Of a DNA stretch of 33,115 bases, positions 1-7,656 are shown piece by piece. Each line of letters opens with the position of its first letter. The stretch's first letter is position 1. Location of the stretch: the IMG/VR virus record IMGVR_UViG_3300025141_000415, positions 1-33,115 of that record. One strand, given 5' to 3'. The notes beneath the pieces are model-generated. The model searched no databases. It saw only the letters and a program-made list of their open reading frames with translations, and had not been told where the DNA came from. The DNA is from a virus. Its lineage: Duplodnaviria > Caudoviricetes. Made by a program: the position numbers and the translations under genes.

Positions 1-54
1 AAGTACGAGGCCGATACTCTTCATAGATTGTATGACAGGGCAGGAGTTATATAG
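1..54 (+). CDS. 3' end of a truncated upstream ORF (...KYEADTLHRLYDRAGVI*)
   Basis: Open frame from base 1 to TAG 52-54, which overlaps the GTG of the methyltransferase. Confidence 0.4.
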   Translation, partial: KYEADTLHRLYDRAGVI

Positions 55-815
55 TGTATGAGTTGGCATTATTCGCAGGAGCAGGTGGGGGAATCCTCGG
101 AGGGAAGTTATGCGGTTTCACTTGTGTCGGAGCTGTTGAAGTCGAAGAGTACCCAAGAGAAGTTCTTAAACAACGTCAACGAGATGGACACTTGCCAGAA
201 TTCCCAATCTGGGATGATGTCACAACCTTTAGAATCGACAATCCAGAATGTAGAGAATACATCGAGAAGCTTAGGACAATTAAAGACGAGCTTATCATAT
301 CGGGTGGATTTCCTTGTCAAGATATATCATCAGCAGGTAAAGGCGCAGGGATTACAAAAGACACTCGATCCGGATTGTGGTTTGAATATGCCCGTATCAT
401 TGACGAAATACGACCATCAAGAGTCCTTGTGGAAAACTCACCAGTACTCACTTCTAGGGGGCTTGGAGTCGTTCTCGGAAGTTTGGCCGAAATGGGGTAT
501 GATGCAAAATGGGGAGTGTTGGGCGCTGACAAAATTGGAGCAAGGCATTCTCGAGAAAGAATCTGGATTATTGCCAACAACACTTGCAAGACAATGGAAA
601 AATCGAAAGTGGTACGACAGAAGGAACCCAATGGGGAATCTGGACGAGTTGCCTGCAACAAACCCAAAGGAATTTGGGAATCTGGCTGGTCAATACATCA
701 ACCCTCAATGGTTAGAGCATCACATGATATGGCCGATTGGGTGGGCAGGTCTAAAGCCATTGGAAATGGACAAGTTCCAGCAGTGGTCAAAGCAGCATGG
801 GAAATACTAAAATAA
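54..815 (+). CDS. DNA (cytosine-5) methyltransferase, alpha-type chain lacking motif IX
   Basis: Motif I ELALFAGAGG, IV GGFPCQDIS, VI VENSP, VIII HSRERIWII and X AIGNGQVP. SD AGGAG at 42-46. Confidence 0.93.
   Translation: MYELALFAGAGGGILGGKLCGFTCVGAVEVEEYPREVLKQRQRDGHLPEFPIWDDVTTFRIDNPECREYIEKLRTIKDELIISGGFPCQDISSAGKGAGITKDTRSGLWFEYARIIDEIRPSRVLVENSPVLTSRGLGVVLGSLAEMGYDAKWGVLGADKIGARHSRERIWIIANNTCKTMEKSKVVRQKEPNGESGRVACNKPKGIWESGWSIHQPSMVRASHDMADWVGRSKAIGNGQVPAVVKAAWEILK
58..810 (+). CDS. Overlapping +1-frame methyltransferase beta chain (motif IX donor); true start uncertain
   Basis: 250-codon open frame inside the MTase gene. Contains INPQWLEHHMIWPIGW (motif IX-like, ~697-747) and LPTTLARQWK. 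Confidence 0.75.
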   Translation: MSWHYSQEQVGESSEGSYAVSLVSELLKSKSTQEKFLNNVNEMDTCQNSQSGMMSQPLESTIQNVENTSRSLGQLKTSLSYRVDFLVKIYHQQVKAQGLQKTLDPDCGLNMPVSLTKYDHQESLWKTHQYSLLGGLESFSEVWPKWGMMQNGECWALTKLEQGILEKESGLLPTTLARQWKNRKWYDRRNPMGNLDELPATNPKEFGNLAGQYINPQWLEHHMIWPIGWAGLKPLEMDKFQQWSKQHGKY

Positions 816-828
816 CCAAGGCGAAGAA

Positions 829-972
829 ATGCAAGTAACAATATACATACCAAAGAAGTACGAGGCCGATTTTGAAGAGGCTAAGAAGGCCGCTGAGAGA
901 GAAACTGAAACTGGCGGCATAGGAGCTTATTTGATGGGGATTTATAAAGAATCAAAGAAGGCGAAGAAATGA
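829..972 (+). CDS. 47-aa putative ribbon-helix-helix DNA-binding protein
   Basis: MQVTIYIPKKYEADFEEAKKAAERE...: alternating beta-strand then helix. Not in ORF track. ATGA overlap with the next ORF. Confidence 0.5.
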   Translation: MQVTIYIPKKYEADFEEAKKAAERETETGGIGAYLMGIYKESKKAKK

Positions 973-1109
973 CCAAAATAAAACGCATACAATACATGTA
1001 TGAACATGGTCATAGTGTTGACTCTATTGAGGGATTTACCGGATACAATAGGCGGTATATTCAGGCGGTAGTTAGACGCACAAAAAGATATATCAATAAT
1101 CTAAAATAA
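969..1109 (+). CDS. 46-aa putative helix-turn-helix protein
   Basis: MTKIKRIQYMYEHGHSVDSIEGFTGYNRRYIQAVVRR fits an HTH pattern. Translationally coupled to 829-972. Confidence 0.45.
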   Translation: MTKIKRIQYMYEHGHSVDSIEGFTGYNRRYIQAVVRRTKRYINNLK

Positions 1110-1113
1110 TCAC

Positions 1114-1176
1114 GCCACTCAGCCATAATTATACAAAGACAGTAGAGTGTTTTTTATTCTTGGTTGAGTGGTTTTA
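1114..1176 (+). terminator. Long imperfect hairpin, possible terminator or structured RNA
   Basis: GCCACTCAGCCA (1114-1125) pairs with TGGTTGAGTGGT (1161-1172). Inner AAAGACA/TGTTTTT stem, followed by a short T run. Confidence 0.45.
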
Positions 1177-1196
1177 ATTTAAATAAAGGTAGTGGG

Positions 1197-1406
1197 ATGA
1201 GCAATCTATACGAAAACAAAAAGCACTTTTCAGAGTTTGCCAGCGGTTTATTTATTATATTCGCAGTGGGCATGTCTGCTTACTTATTTGGTCATTGGAA
1301 AGGCCGAGATAAGGTGCAAAAAGAAGCTATTGATTACAGTTATGGAACGATAAATAAAGACGGCTTTCAATGGAAGTCTAAACAGTTAGTTATGAGAGGT
1401 AGGTAG
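1197..1406 (+). CDS. Small single-TM membrane protein
   Basis: Hydrophobic FASGLFIIFAVGMSAYLFG. ATG 1197 follows AAAGGT and is preferred to the TTG at 1164, which lies in the hairpin. Confidence 0.6.
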   Translation: MSNLYENKKHFSEFASGLFIIFAVGMSAYLFGHWKGRDKVQKEAIDYSYGTINKDGFQWKSKQLVMRGR

Positions 1407-1407
1407 G

Positions 1408-1695
1408 ATGAAAGATTATTGTACTTTTTGTGAAACTGTAATAGATGACATTTTTGATGATTTTCCTTGTTGTGATGATCAAAAAATCAGAAGACTAGAA
1501 AAAGAAAACAAAGAACTAAAGGAGGCTTTTGACTTAGCTTACTATCATCTTTGTGACATTCATTTTGCTGCGACTCAGCCAATTTGTAAAGGTAGTGGCT
1601 TTCTAGGTGATGCAATTAAGGAGATGGAGAAGACTGCCAAAACTAATAAGCTTTTTATAGCTAAGAATAATGAAGAATTAGAAGGCGGTGAGTGA
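1408..1695 (+). CDS. Hypothetical protein with N-terminal CxxC...CC and coiled coil
   Basis: ORF track. GAGGT/AGG SD upstream. Confidence 0.6.
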   Translation: MKDYCTFCETVIDDIFDDFPCCDDQKIRRLEKENKELKEAFDLAYYHLCDIHFAATQPICKGSGFLGDAIKEMEKTAKTNKLFIAKNNEELEGGE

Positions 1696-1877
1696 TGGAT
1701 AAAGAATTGTATAATAATATATCAAATACATTCGCGTTTGCGTGTTTGTGTTTTATTGGAATTGTGTTCGAGTCAGAAGCAGAGAAGCCAGTCCCGGTTT
1801 TATTAACGCTGCTTACCGGGGTTTTAGCTGCGATTTATCATAGTGAGTATAAGAAATTGAAAAACCACAATCAGTAA
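1692..1877 (+). CDS. Small two-TM membrane protein
   Basis: Two hydrophobic stretches. GTGA overlap with the previous ORF. Confidence 0.55.
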   Translation: MMDKELYNNISNTFAFACLCFIGIVFESEAEKPVPVLLTLLTGVLAAIYHSEYKKLKNHNQ

Positions 1878-1885
1878 GATATAAT
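1857..1885 (+). promoter_or_regulatory. Sigma70-type promoter for the packaging operon
   Basis: TTGAAA (1857-1862), 17 bp, TATAAT (1880-1885), just upstream of terS. Confidence 0.65.
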
Positions 1886-1908
1886 AGATTAAAAAACGAG
1901 GCGAAGTT

Positions 1909-2295
1909 ATGGCAACACCTAAAACAGGAAATCCAGAAGGAAGGCCAACGAAATATAATCCAGAATATTGTGAGGCAATAGTTTCGTATTTCCTTAATTC
2001 AGAAGAGTATCCGACTTTAGAAGGCTTTTGTATTCCTTATACTTTTTCAACTTCAAGTTTATTTGATTGGGCAGAAAAATATCCTGAGTTTTCGGAATCT
2101 AAAAAAAAGGCTATAGAAATTCAGAAGCATAGGACTATGAAAGGTGCTATGTCCGGTGAGCTTAATTCAACTTATGCAATATTTATTGGCAAGAACTGTC
2201 ACGGGTTAAAGGATAAAGTCGAGCAGGAAGTTTCCGGGCTTGATGCGATTAATATTAATATAGTAAAACCAAGGAAGAAGAGAGGCGAAGAATGA
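1909..2295 (+). CDS. terS: Terminase small subunit (P22 gp3-like)
   Basis: GRPTKYNPEYCE N-terminus, HTH-like segment and WAEKYPEFSE. Lies upstream of terL. Confidence 0.8.
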   Translation: MATPKTGNPEGRPTKYNPEYCEAIVSYFLNSEEYPTLEGFCIPYTFSTSSLFDWAEKYPEFSESKKKAIEIQKHRTMKGAMSGELNSTYAIFIGKNCHGLKDKVEQEVSGLDAININIVKPRKKRGEE

Positions 2296-2690
2296 AAGAA
2301 CAATTTAAAGATTATCCAATTTGTGTTAATTGTAAATACTATATGGAAGAGAAGATAGGGCCATTGCAAATAGCTCAAACATGCGGTTTAACTATGGTTA
2401 ATCCTGTTACTGGTGAATTTCAAGAAAGTAGGTCAAGAATTAAGTTAGCCGCAGCATTTAGAAAAGATGGGATGCCATGTGGTGTTTCTGGTAATTTCTT
2501 TAAGCCAGCGGATAAAAAGAAAAAGGTAGAGCCTAAGAAGAAGCCCGTAAAGGTGGTGGAAGAGGTTAAAAAGGTTGCTCCTACTGTTAAAGTTGAAGTT
2601 CCTGAAATTAAAGAAGAACCTAAAAAAGACGATTTGCTACCACTTGAGCCGGGGCAGAAGAGAAGAAGAAGAGGTAAAGCTAGCGATTAA
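2292..2690 (+). CDS. Hypothetical protein with Cys-rich N-domain and Lys/Glu/Pro-rich tail
   Basis: CVNC...C...C followed by a low-complexity C-terminus. Coupled between terS and terL. Confidence 0.65.
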   Translation: MKEQFKDYPICVNCKYYMEEKIGPLQIAQTCGLTMVNPVTGEFQESRSRIKLAAAFRKDGMPCGVSGNFFKPADKKKKVEPKKKPVKVVEEVKKVAPTVKVEVPEIKEEPKKDDLLPLEPGQKRRRRGKASD

Positions 2691-3982
2691 TGGCTGATAT
2701 AGAAGCAACAGTCAACTTCGAATTTCTGTTAGATTTAACAGATGACATTGAATACGTAGTATTAGAGGGTTCAACTCGATCTTCTAAGACTATTTCTATT
2801 ATACAGTTCCTTATTTTAGAGGCAGTAGAGAATCCAGATACTATAATTCGCTGTTTTCGTCATGACGGGAGCACACATAATTCTACTACAATTCCTTCAT
2901 TTATGTTCTGTATGGGCCATGAGATGTTTAATCTTTGGGATATAGCAGGGTCATTTAATAAGTCAGAGAAGATTTATTCATTTAGTAACGGCTCTAAGAT
3001 ATGTTTTGACGCTACAAATGAACCTATGAAGCTACACGGTAAAGAATCTGATATTGCATGGTTTAACGAAGTCATGGAGATTACATGGGATGCTTACACG
3101 CAGATAGCCTACCGTTGTAAAGATTTAAAGATATTTGACTTTAACCCGTCATTAAATCAACATTGGGTTTTTGATAAAATACTTTCAAGGGAGATTGGAG
3201 TAGCTTATAGGCATTCGACTTATGTAGATAATCCATTTTTAACAGATAAGCAGGTCGCTGCTATTGAATCATATAATCCGGATGATCCTGTTAATATTCG
3301 CAATAATACTGCCGATCAATGGGCATGGGATGTTTACGGATTAGGCAAAAGAGGTAAAATTGAAGGTCAAATATTCAAAACTTATCAAATTACTGAAGAA
3401 TGGCCAGATCGTTATGTGTGTCAAAAGTGGGGTTTTGGTTTAGATTTTGGTTTTAGTGCTGATCCGATGGCCTTAGCAGAGTATAGGCTTTACAATAATA
3501 AGCTTTATGTGAAAGAGTTAGTTTATGAAACTGATTTGATTGTTTCTAAGAATGTATCTAAGCCTAAAGTTCCATCGCTGGAGCATAAGCTGGAAGAATT
3601 AGATATTGATAGAAATATGGAAATAGTCGCTGACTGTGCCCGACCTGATTCAATTAGAGAGCTTCAAATCTCAGGTTATAATGTAATCCCATGTGAGAAG
3701 GGCAAAGATTCTGTTATGGCTGGAATTAATCTACTGCGTGGCTTTATGATTATGATTCACCGTGACTCAAATAACTTCCAAATGGAAGCAGAGCAATATT
3801 CTTGGAAGCAAAGACAAGATGGCGTATGGTTGCAAGAGCCTAAAGATGAATACAATCATTTATGGGACGGTGCTAGGTATTGGGCAATGAGAAACTTATC
3901 ATCGCCTAAAAAATACATGAGCCAGAAGCCGGGAAGACAAATAAAAGTTAAAAGCCGAGTAAGGTCAAGGAAGATAAAATAA
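2690..3982 (+). CDS. terL: Terminase large subunit, PBSX-like
   Basis: Walker A variant EGSTRSSKT, Walker B AWFNE, coupling motif DFNP, nuclease GLDFGFSADP, ADCARP and NHLWDGARY. Confidence 0.93.
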   Translation: MADIEATVNFEFLLDLTDDIEYVVLEGSTRSSKTISIIQFLILEAVENPDTIIRCFRHDGSTHNSTTIPSFMFCMGHEMFNLWDIAGSFNKSEKIYSFSNGSKICFDATNEPMKLHGKESDIAWFNEVMEITWDAYTQIAYRCKDLKIFDFNPSLNQHWVFDKILSREIGVAYRHSTYVDNPFLTDKQVAAIESYNPDDPVNIRNNTADQWAWDVYGLGKRGKIEGQIFKTYQITEEWPDRYVCQKWGFGLDFGFSADPMALAEYRLYNNKLYVKELVYETDLIVSKNVSKPKVPSLEHKLEELDIDRNMEIVADCARPDSIRELQISGYNVIPCEKGKDSVMAGINLLRGFMIMIHRDSNNFQMEAEQYSWKQRQDGVWLQEPKDEYNHLWDGARYWAMRNLSSPKKYMSQKPGRQIKVKSRVRSRKIK

Positions 3983-4398
3983 TGTTCTATTGGGAAGAGA
4001 GACAGGATAAAATAGAAGATATTTTAAGATTTTCCCAAACTATAGAGCGTAATAAAGGGTTTTTACAAGGGTATGAAGATGTTGAGGATTTGATTCAATA
4101 CGTCGATGAGTCCTGCACGATGGGCTGCTATGATGATACGGACGGACTAATACATGGCTTTATACTTCTTGAATGGTTAGACGAAAGGGAAGCTAGTTTG
4201 CATGTTTGTGCTTTTACTAATGAGTTTGACTGGGTTAGAGCATGGAATGAGCAAATAGAATCACATGTATCAGAAATAGTTGATAGATTACATGCTGTTA
4301 TACCACGAAAGAGAATAACTATAGTAAAGCTAACAAAGCGCATAGGTTTTCAATTTAATAAAGTAGGTAATTACTACAAGGGTTTGAAAGAGTTATAA
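3982..4398 (+). CDS. GNAT-fold acetyltransferase-like morphogenesis protein
   Basis: EASLHVC...RLHAVIP...IVKLTKRIGF resembles phage GNAT/DUF2824-like proteins. Confidence 0.5.
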   Translation: MFYWEERQDKIEDILRFSQTIERNKGFLQGYEDVEDLIQYVDESCTMGCYDDTDGLIHGFILLEWLDEREASLHVCAFTNEFDWVRAWNEQIESHVSEIVDRLHAVIPRKRITIVKLTKRIGFQFNKVGNYYKGLKEL

Positions 4399-4440
4399 AT
4401 TATTGTTATTGTTTAATTATAATCTATAAGGAAAAATTAT

Positions 4441-4632
4441 ATGGGAATGTCAAAACCTAAGAAACAGGCTGCACCACCAAAACCAGCTGCACCAGTTAAG
4501 AGAGAGTCTGAAGAAGTTAGAACAGCAGAAGAGGCAGAGATACGCAGAGGCATTAGCCAGAAAGGCAGACAAGCTTCAAATCTTCTACAATCTAACTATG
4601 GCAGCACAAACAAAACTAACTTACTAGGTTAA
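4441..4632 (+). CDS. Small pre-portal virion protein
   Basis: MG-start, Pro-rich segment, helix and C-terminal LLG. This is typical of the gene preceding podovirus portals. Confidence 0.7.
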   Translation: MGMSKPKKQAAPPKPAAPVKRESEEVRTAEEAEIRRGISQKGRQASNLLQSNYGSTNKTNLLG

Positions 4633-4635
4633 GTC

Positions 4636-6285
4636 ATGTATAAGAGAAGCGCCACGAATCCTGAAGAGTTAATAAAATTATATGAGTCTTTGAAAGTTGA
4701 CCGCGATAATATGTATTCTATTTGGGAGGAATGCCGCTTTTATTTCAACTCTGAAAAACAATTAATGCAGCCTAATAACTCAGGCAGTAAACAGATAGAG
4801 CAATCAACTCCATTGAATCCGGTAGGCTATGATGCTTCTATGCGTTTTGCTTCTGGTTTATTTTCCAATACATACTCAGCTGGAGAGCAATTCTTTTCCT
4901 TTAAAGTATCTCAGTCACAATTTGGTGATGATGAAGACCAAATGAAAGACTGGGCTATAGATGCAGCAAAAACTTGCATGGATAGAATTACTAGTACAAA
5001 TTTTTCTATTACTGCCTATGATATGATGCTTAGTTACTCCCGTTTAAATACTGGAGTTATGTATTTTGAGTGGCAGAAAGGTAAAGGCTTAGTATTTAGA
5101 GAGATTCCGATCACTGACTGTTGCATTGCTGAAGATGCAGAAGGTTATGTTAATATAGTTGTTCGCGAGTTTGAACTGACTAATAGACAGGCCTATCAGA
5201 AATGGGGCGATGCTTGCCACCCTAGTGTCAAAGAAGAGGCTAAAGATGTGGATAAATCTAATAATAAAATTAAGTATCTCCATTTTGTTATGCCACGGAA
5301 AGACTTTAAAAAAGACTCCATGAATAAAATGGACTTGCCTTATAAGAGCTGTTATGTCAATTCAGAGAAAAAACACTTAGTTGAAGAAGGTGGATATTCT
5401 TATTTCCCTTATGCTACACCAAGATTTTTACATAATAAGCAGATGCCATACGGTAGAGGACAAAGCTTTACTGCATTAGATGTCATGCGTGTATTGACTA
5501 AGATGGGTGAGAATATTGACGATGGTGTAGAACTTAAAGTTAATCCCCCTATTTTTGCTTTTGGTAATGTTGAGGAAGAAGATATTGATCTTGAGCCGGG
5601 CGGTTTTAACCACTTTGGAGCGGATTCTAAAGTAGAGCACTATCAATCAGCAATTGACCTACCAGCAGCAGACGCAAGAGAGATGCGCAAGGAGCAGGAA
5701 GTTCGCAATTTATTCTTCAATGATGTATTTGTGACTATCGAAGGTGAGGCAGCATTAAAAAATGTAACTGCTACTGCTATAGATTTTTTAAGAGCTGAGA
5801 GGATTCAAGCATTACTACCAATTGTCAACCGTTTATATGATGAATTTTACAGCCCGTTATTGAAAGGAGTCTTGCAGATTCTTGTTGAAAATAACGAGAT
5901 TGAGCCACCGCCTTCAATTGACATTAAAAATCTACGTGTTGAGTATTCAACAAAGTTAGATCAAAAGCTTAAGCTCCAAGATAGTCAACAAATATTGCAA
6001 AGCTTAATGGAAGTGCAGCAAATTTACACTCAAATGATGGAGTCTACTGACTTAAAGCACTTGGTTAATATTGATGAGATTGCACGTGATTTATTCAGAA
6101 ATAAGAATGTATCGCCTAAATATATCAAGTCAGAGGATGAAACCAACGATTCAAGAGCCGCCGAAGCTAGGGCAATGCAGTCACAGCAGCAACAACAAAT
6201 GATGATGGATAAAGTAGGCGCGGCCGATCCATTAAAGAAACCAGAGGCCGGGTCAATGGTTGATCAATTAGGTGAGATGGGATGA
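4636..6285 (+). CDS. Portal / head-tail connector (T7 gp8-like family)
   Basis: 549 aa with FASGLFS, FPYATPRF...PYGRG, VNPP, VTAT and a Q-rich C-terminus. Synteny fits. Confidence 0.92.
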   Translation: MYKRSATNPEELIKLYESLKVDRDNMYSIWEECRFYFNSEKQLMQPNNSGSKQIEQSTPLNPVGYDASMRFASGLFSNTYSAGEQFFSFKVSQSQFGDDEDQMKDWAIDAAKTCMDRITSTNFSITAYDMMLSYSRLNTGVMYFEWQKGKGLVFREIPITDCCIAEDAEGYVNIVVREFELTNRQAYQKWGDACHPSVKEEAKDVDKSNNKIKYLHFVMPRKDFKKDSMNKMDLPYKSCYVNSEKKHLVEEGGYSYFPYATPRFLHNKQMPYGRGQSFTALDVMRVLTKMGENIDDGVELKVNPPIFAFGNVEEEDIDLEPGGFNHFGADSKVEHYQSAIDLPAADAREMRKEQEVRNLFFNDVFVTIEGEAALKNVTATAIDFLRAERIQALLPIVNRLYDEFYSPLLKGVLQILVENNEIEPPPSIDIKNLRVEYSTKLDQKLKLQDSQQILQSLMEVQQIYTQMMESTDLKHLVNIDEIARDLFRNKNVSPKYIKSEDETNDSRAAEARAMQSQQQQQMMMDKVGAADPLKKPEAGSMVDQLGEMG

Positions 6286-6476
6286 ATAAAGAAGAGAGGC
6301 GAGAACTTTATAACGCGGTATTCAAAACACCGCAAGGATTGAAAGTATTAGAGGATTTATCTAAAAATTGTGAGTTTAAATATACTTCATTTAGTTTAGA
6401 GCCTTTAATGATGGCACATAAAGAAGGCAAAAAAGAACTTTTCCGATACATACAAAAACAAATAGAGGCGAAATAA
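6282..6476 (+). CDS. Bbp19-like small protein
   Basis: YNAVFKTPQGLKVLEDL...AHKEGKKEL pattern, between portal and scaffold. Confidence 0.75.
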   Translation: MNKEERRELYNAVFKTPQGLKVLEDLSKNCEFKYTSFSLEPLMMAHKEGKKELFRYIQKQIEAK

Positions 6477-6477
6477 C

Positions 6478-7344
6478 ATGGATGTAACACCAGAAAATGT
6501 AGACACATCACCAGCGGCAGGTACAGAAGTTTCAACCGAGGCTGATGTAAACCCAACAATTAACACTGATAATCTCTTAACTGGCATGGATGATAATATT
6601 CAACCAGATGTAAGTGGTGAATCTTGGCTAAATCAGTTAAGCGAAGAATATAGCAGTAACCCAAACGTTAACAAATACCAGACTCTTGATGAAGCTGCAA
6701 AAGGCTTAATTAATCAAGCCTCACTAATTGGTAAAAAAGGTTTAATCAAACCGGGCGAGAATGCCACACAAGAAGAGATTGACACATTTTATAATGCTAT
6801 TGGCCGCCCTGTAAAATCAGATATGTATAAGTATGAACCGATTGAAGGAGCGCCCCCAGTTGATGATTCAGCTATGGCAGGTTTTCAAGAGTTCGCACAC
6901 AATAAAGGTTTTACACAAGAGCAATTTCAAGCCGCTATTGAATTTGATTATCAGAGGCAACAAGCAGTGCAAGAGTCTTTTGAGCAAGAGCGAGTTCAAG
7001 AGGCTAATACTACTCAAATGGAACTCATGGAAGAAATGGGCGAAGTTGAGTATCAGGCATTTCTCAAGGATGCCAGTAGTGCCGCTAATAGCCTTGGCTT
7101 ATATGATGTATTAGTGGATAATGGTCTGGCTGGTAACAAAGAAGTTTTAAAAGCTTTAGCTAATGCTAGTAAGCATTTAGGGTCAAGTAATATGGTTGGA
7201 GATCAAAAGGTTAGTAATTTAGATTTTGATGGTCAACTTAATGAGCTACGATCTCATGAGGCTTATAGAGACAAGCTGCACCCATTACATAATGACATAA
7301 TAGCCAAGATTGATAAGCTTTATGCTAGGAGATACCCCAATTAA
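6478..7344 (+). CDS. Capsid scaffolding / assembly protein
   Basis: Acidic N-terminus, SWL..L.EEY...KY.TLDEAAK, FYNAIGRP and a C-terminal AYRDKLHP.H motif. Precedes the capsid gene. Confidence 0.82.
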   Translation: MDVTPENVDTSPAAGTEVSTEADVNPTINTDNLLTGMDDNIQPDVSGESWLNQLSEEYSSNPNVNKYQTLDEAAKGLINQASLIGKKGLIKPGENATQEEIDTFYNAIGRPVKSDMYKYEPIEGAPPVDDSAMAGFQEFAHNKGFTQEQFQAAIEFDYQRQQAVQESFEQERVQEANTTQMELMEEMGEVEYQAFLKDASSAANSLGLYDVLVDNGLAGNKEVLKALANASKHLGSSNMVGDQKVSNLDFDGQLNELRSHEAYRDKLHPLHNDIIAKIDKLYARRYPN

Positions 7345-7364
7345 TTAGCTCTTAATCTATCCTT

Positions 7365-7396
7365 AAGCCTCAGTATTAACTTACTGGGGTTTTTTT
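7365..7396 (+). terminator. Rho-independent terminator after scaffold
   Basis: AAGCCTCAGTA-ttaact-TACTGGGGTTT stem ending in a T7 tract. Confidence 0.85.
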
Positions 7397-7541
7397 ATGT
7401 CTGAATAATATTAAATCCATGAAACAAAAAAGAGAAAGAAAAGAAAACCGAGTAAAAGAAAACAAAGAGAAAAAAGCCGTGTCGTAGTACTTGCCCCAGA
7501 AAACAGGGCTTGTCAAGTACCATTTTTAAAAATAGAGAGGC

Positions 7542-7616
7542 ATTGATAGTGTATGATAGCAGGTGATAATCATATGCTATCATTTGCTATCATACTTAAT
7601 TATTATAAATATCAAT
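7542..7616. repeat. 10-bp-phased TGATAG/CTATCA palindromic array
   Basis: TGATAG at 7544 and 7554, TGATAA at 7564, TGCTATCAT at 7575 and 7585. 18-bp arms with 2 mismatches. Confidence 0.8.
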
Positions 7617-7621
7617 ACAGT

Positions 7622-7650
7622 TTGCATAATTCATAAATAATATTTATAGT
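7622..7650 (+). promoter_or_regulatory. Sigma70-type promoter for the major capsid gene
   Basis: TTGCAT (7622-7627), 17 bp, TATAGT (7645-7650). Predicted TSS ~7657. Confidence 0.7.
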
Positions 7651-7656
7651 GTATTT

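Noticed and set aside
108-667. Minus-strand ORFs 108-320 and 317-667
   Set aside because: Antisense to a region already coding in two frames, so stop depletion is expected. No motifs.
7395-7583. 62-aa minus-strand ORF in the scaffold-capsid gap
   Set aside because: It is the Phe-rich shadow of the A/G tract and palindromes, with no SD and opposite to local transcription.
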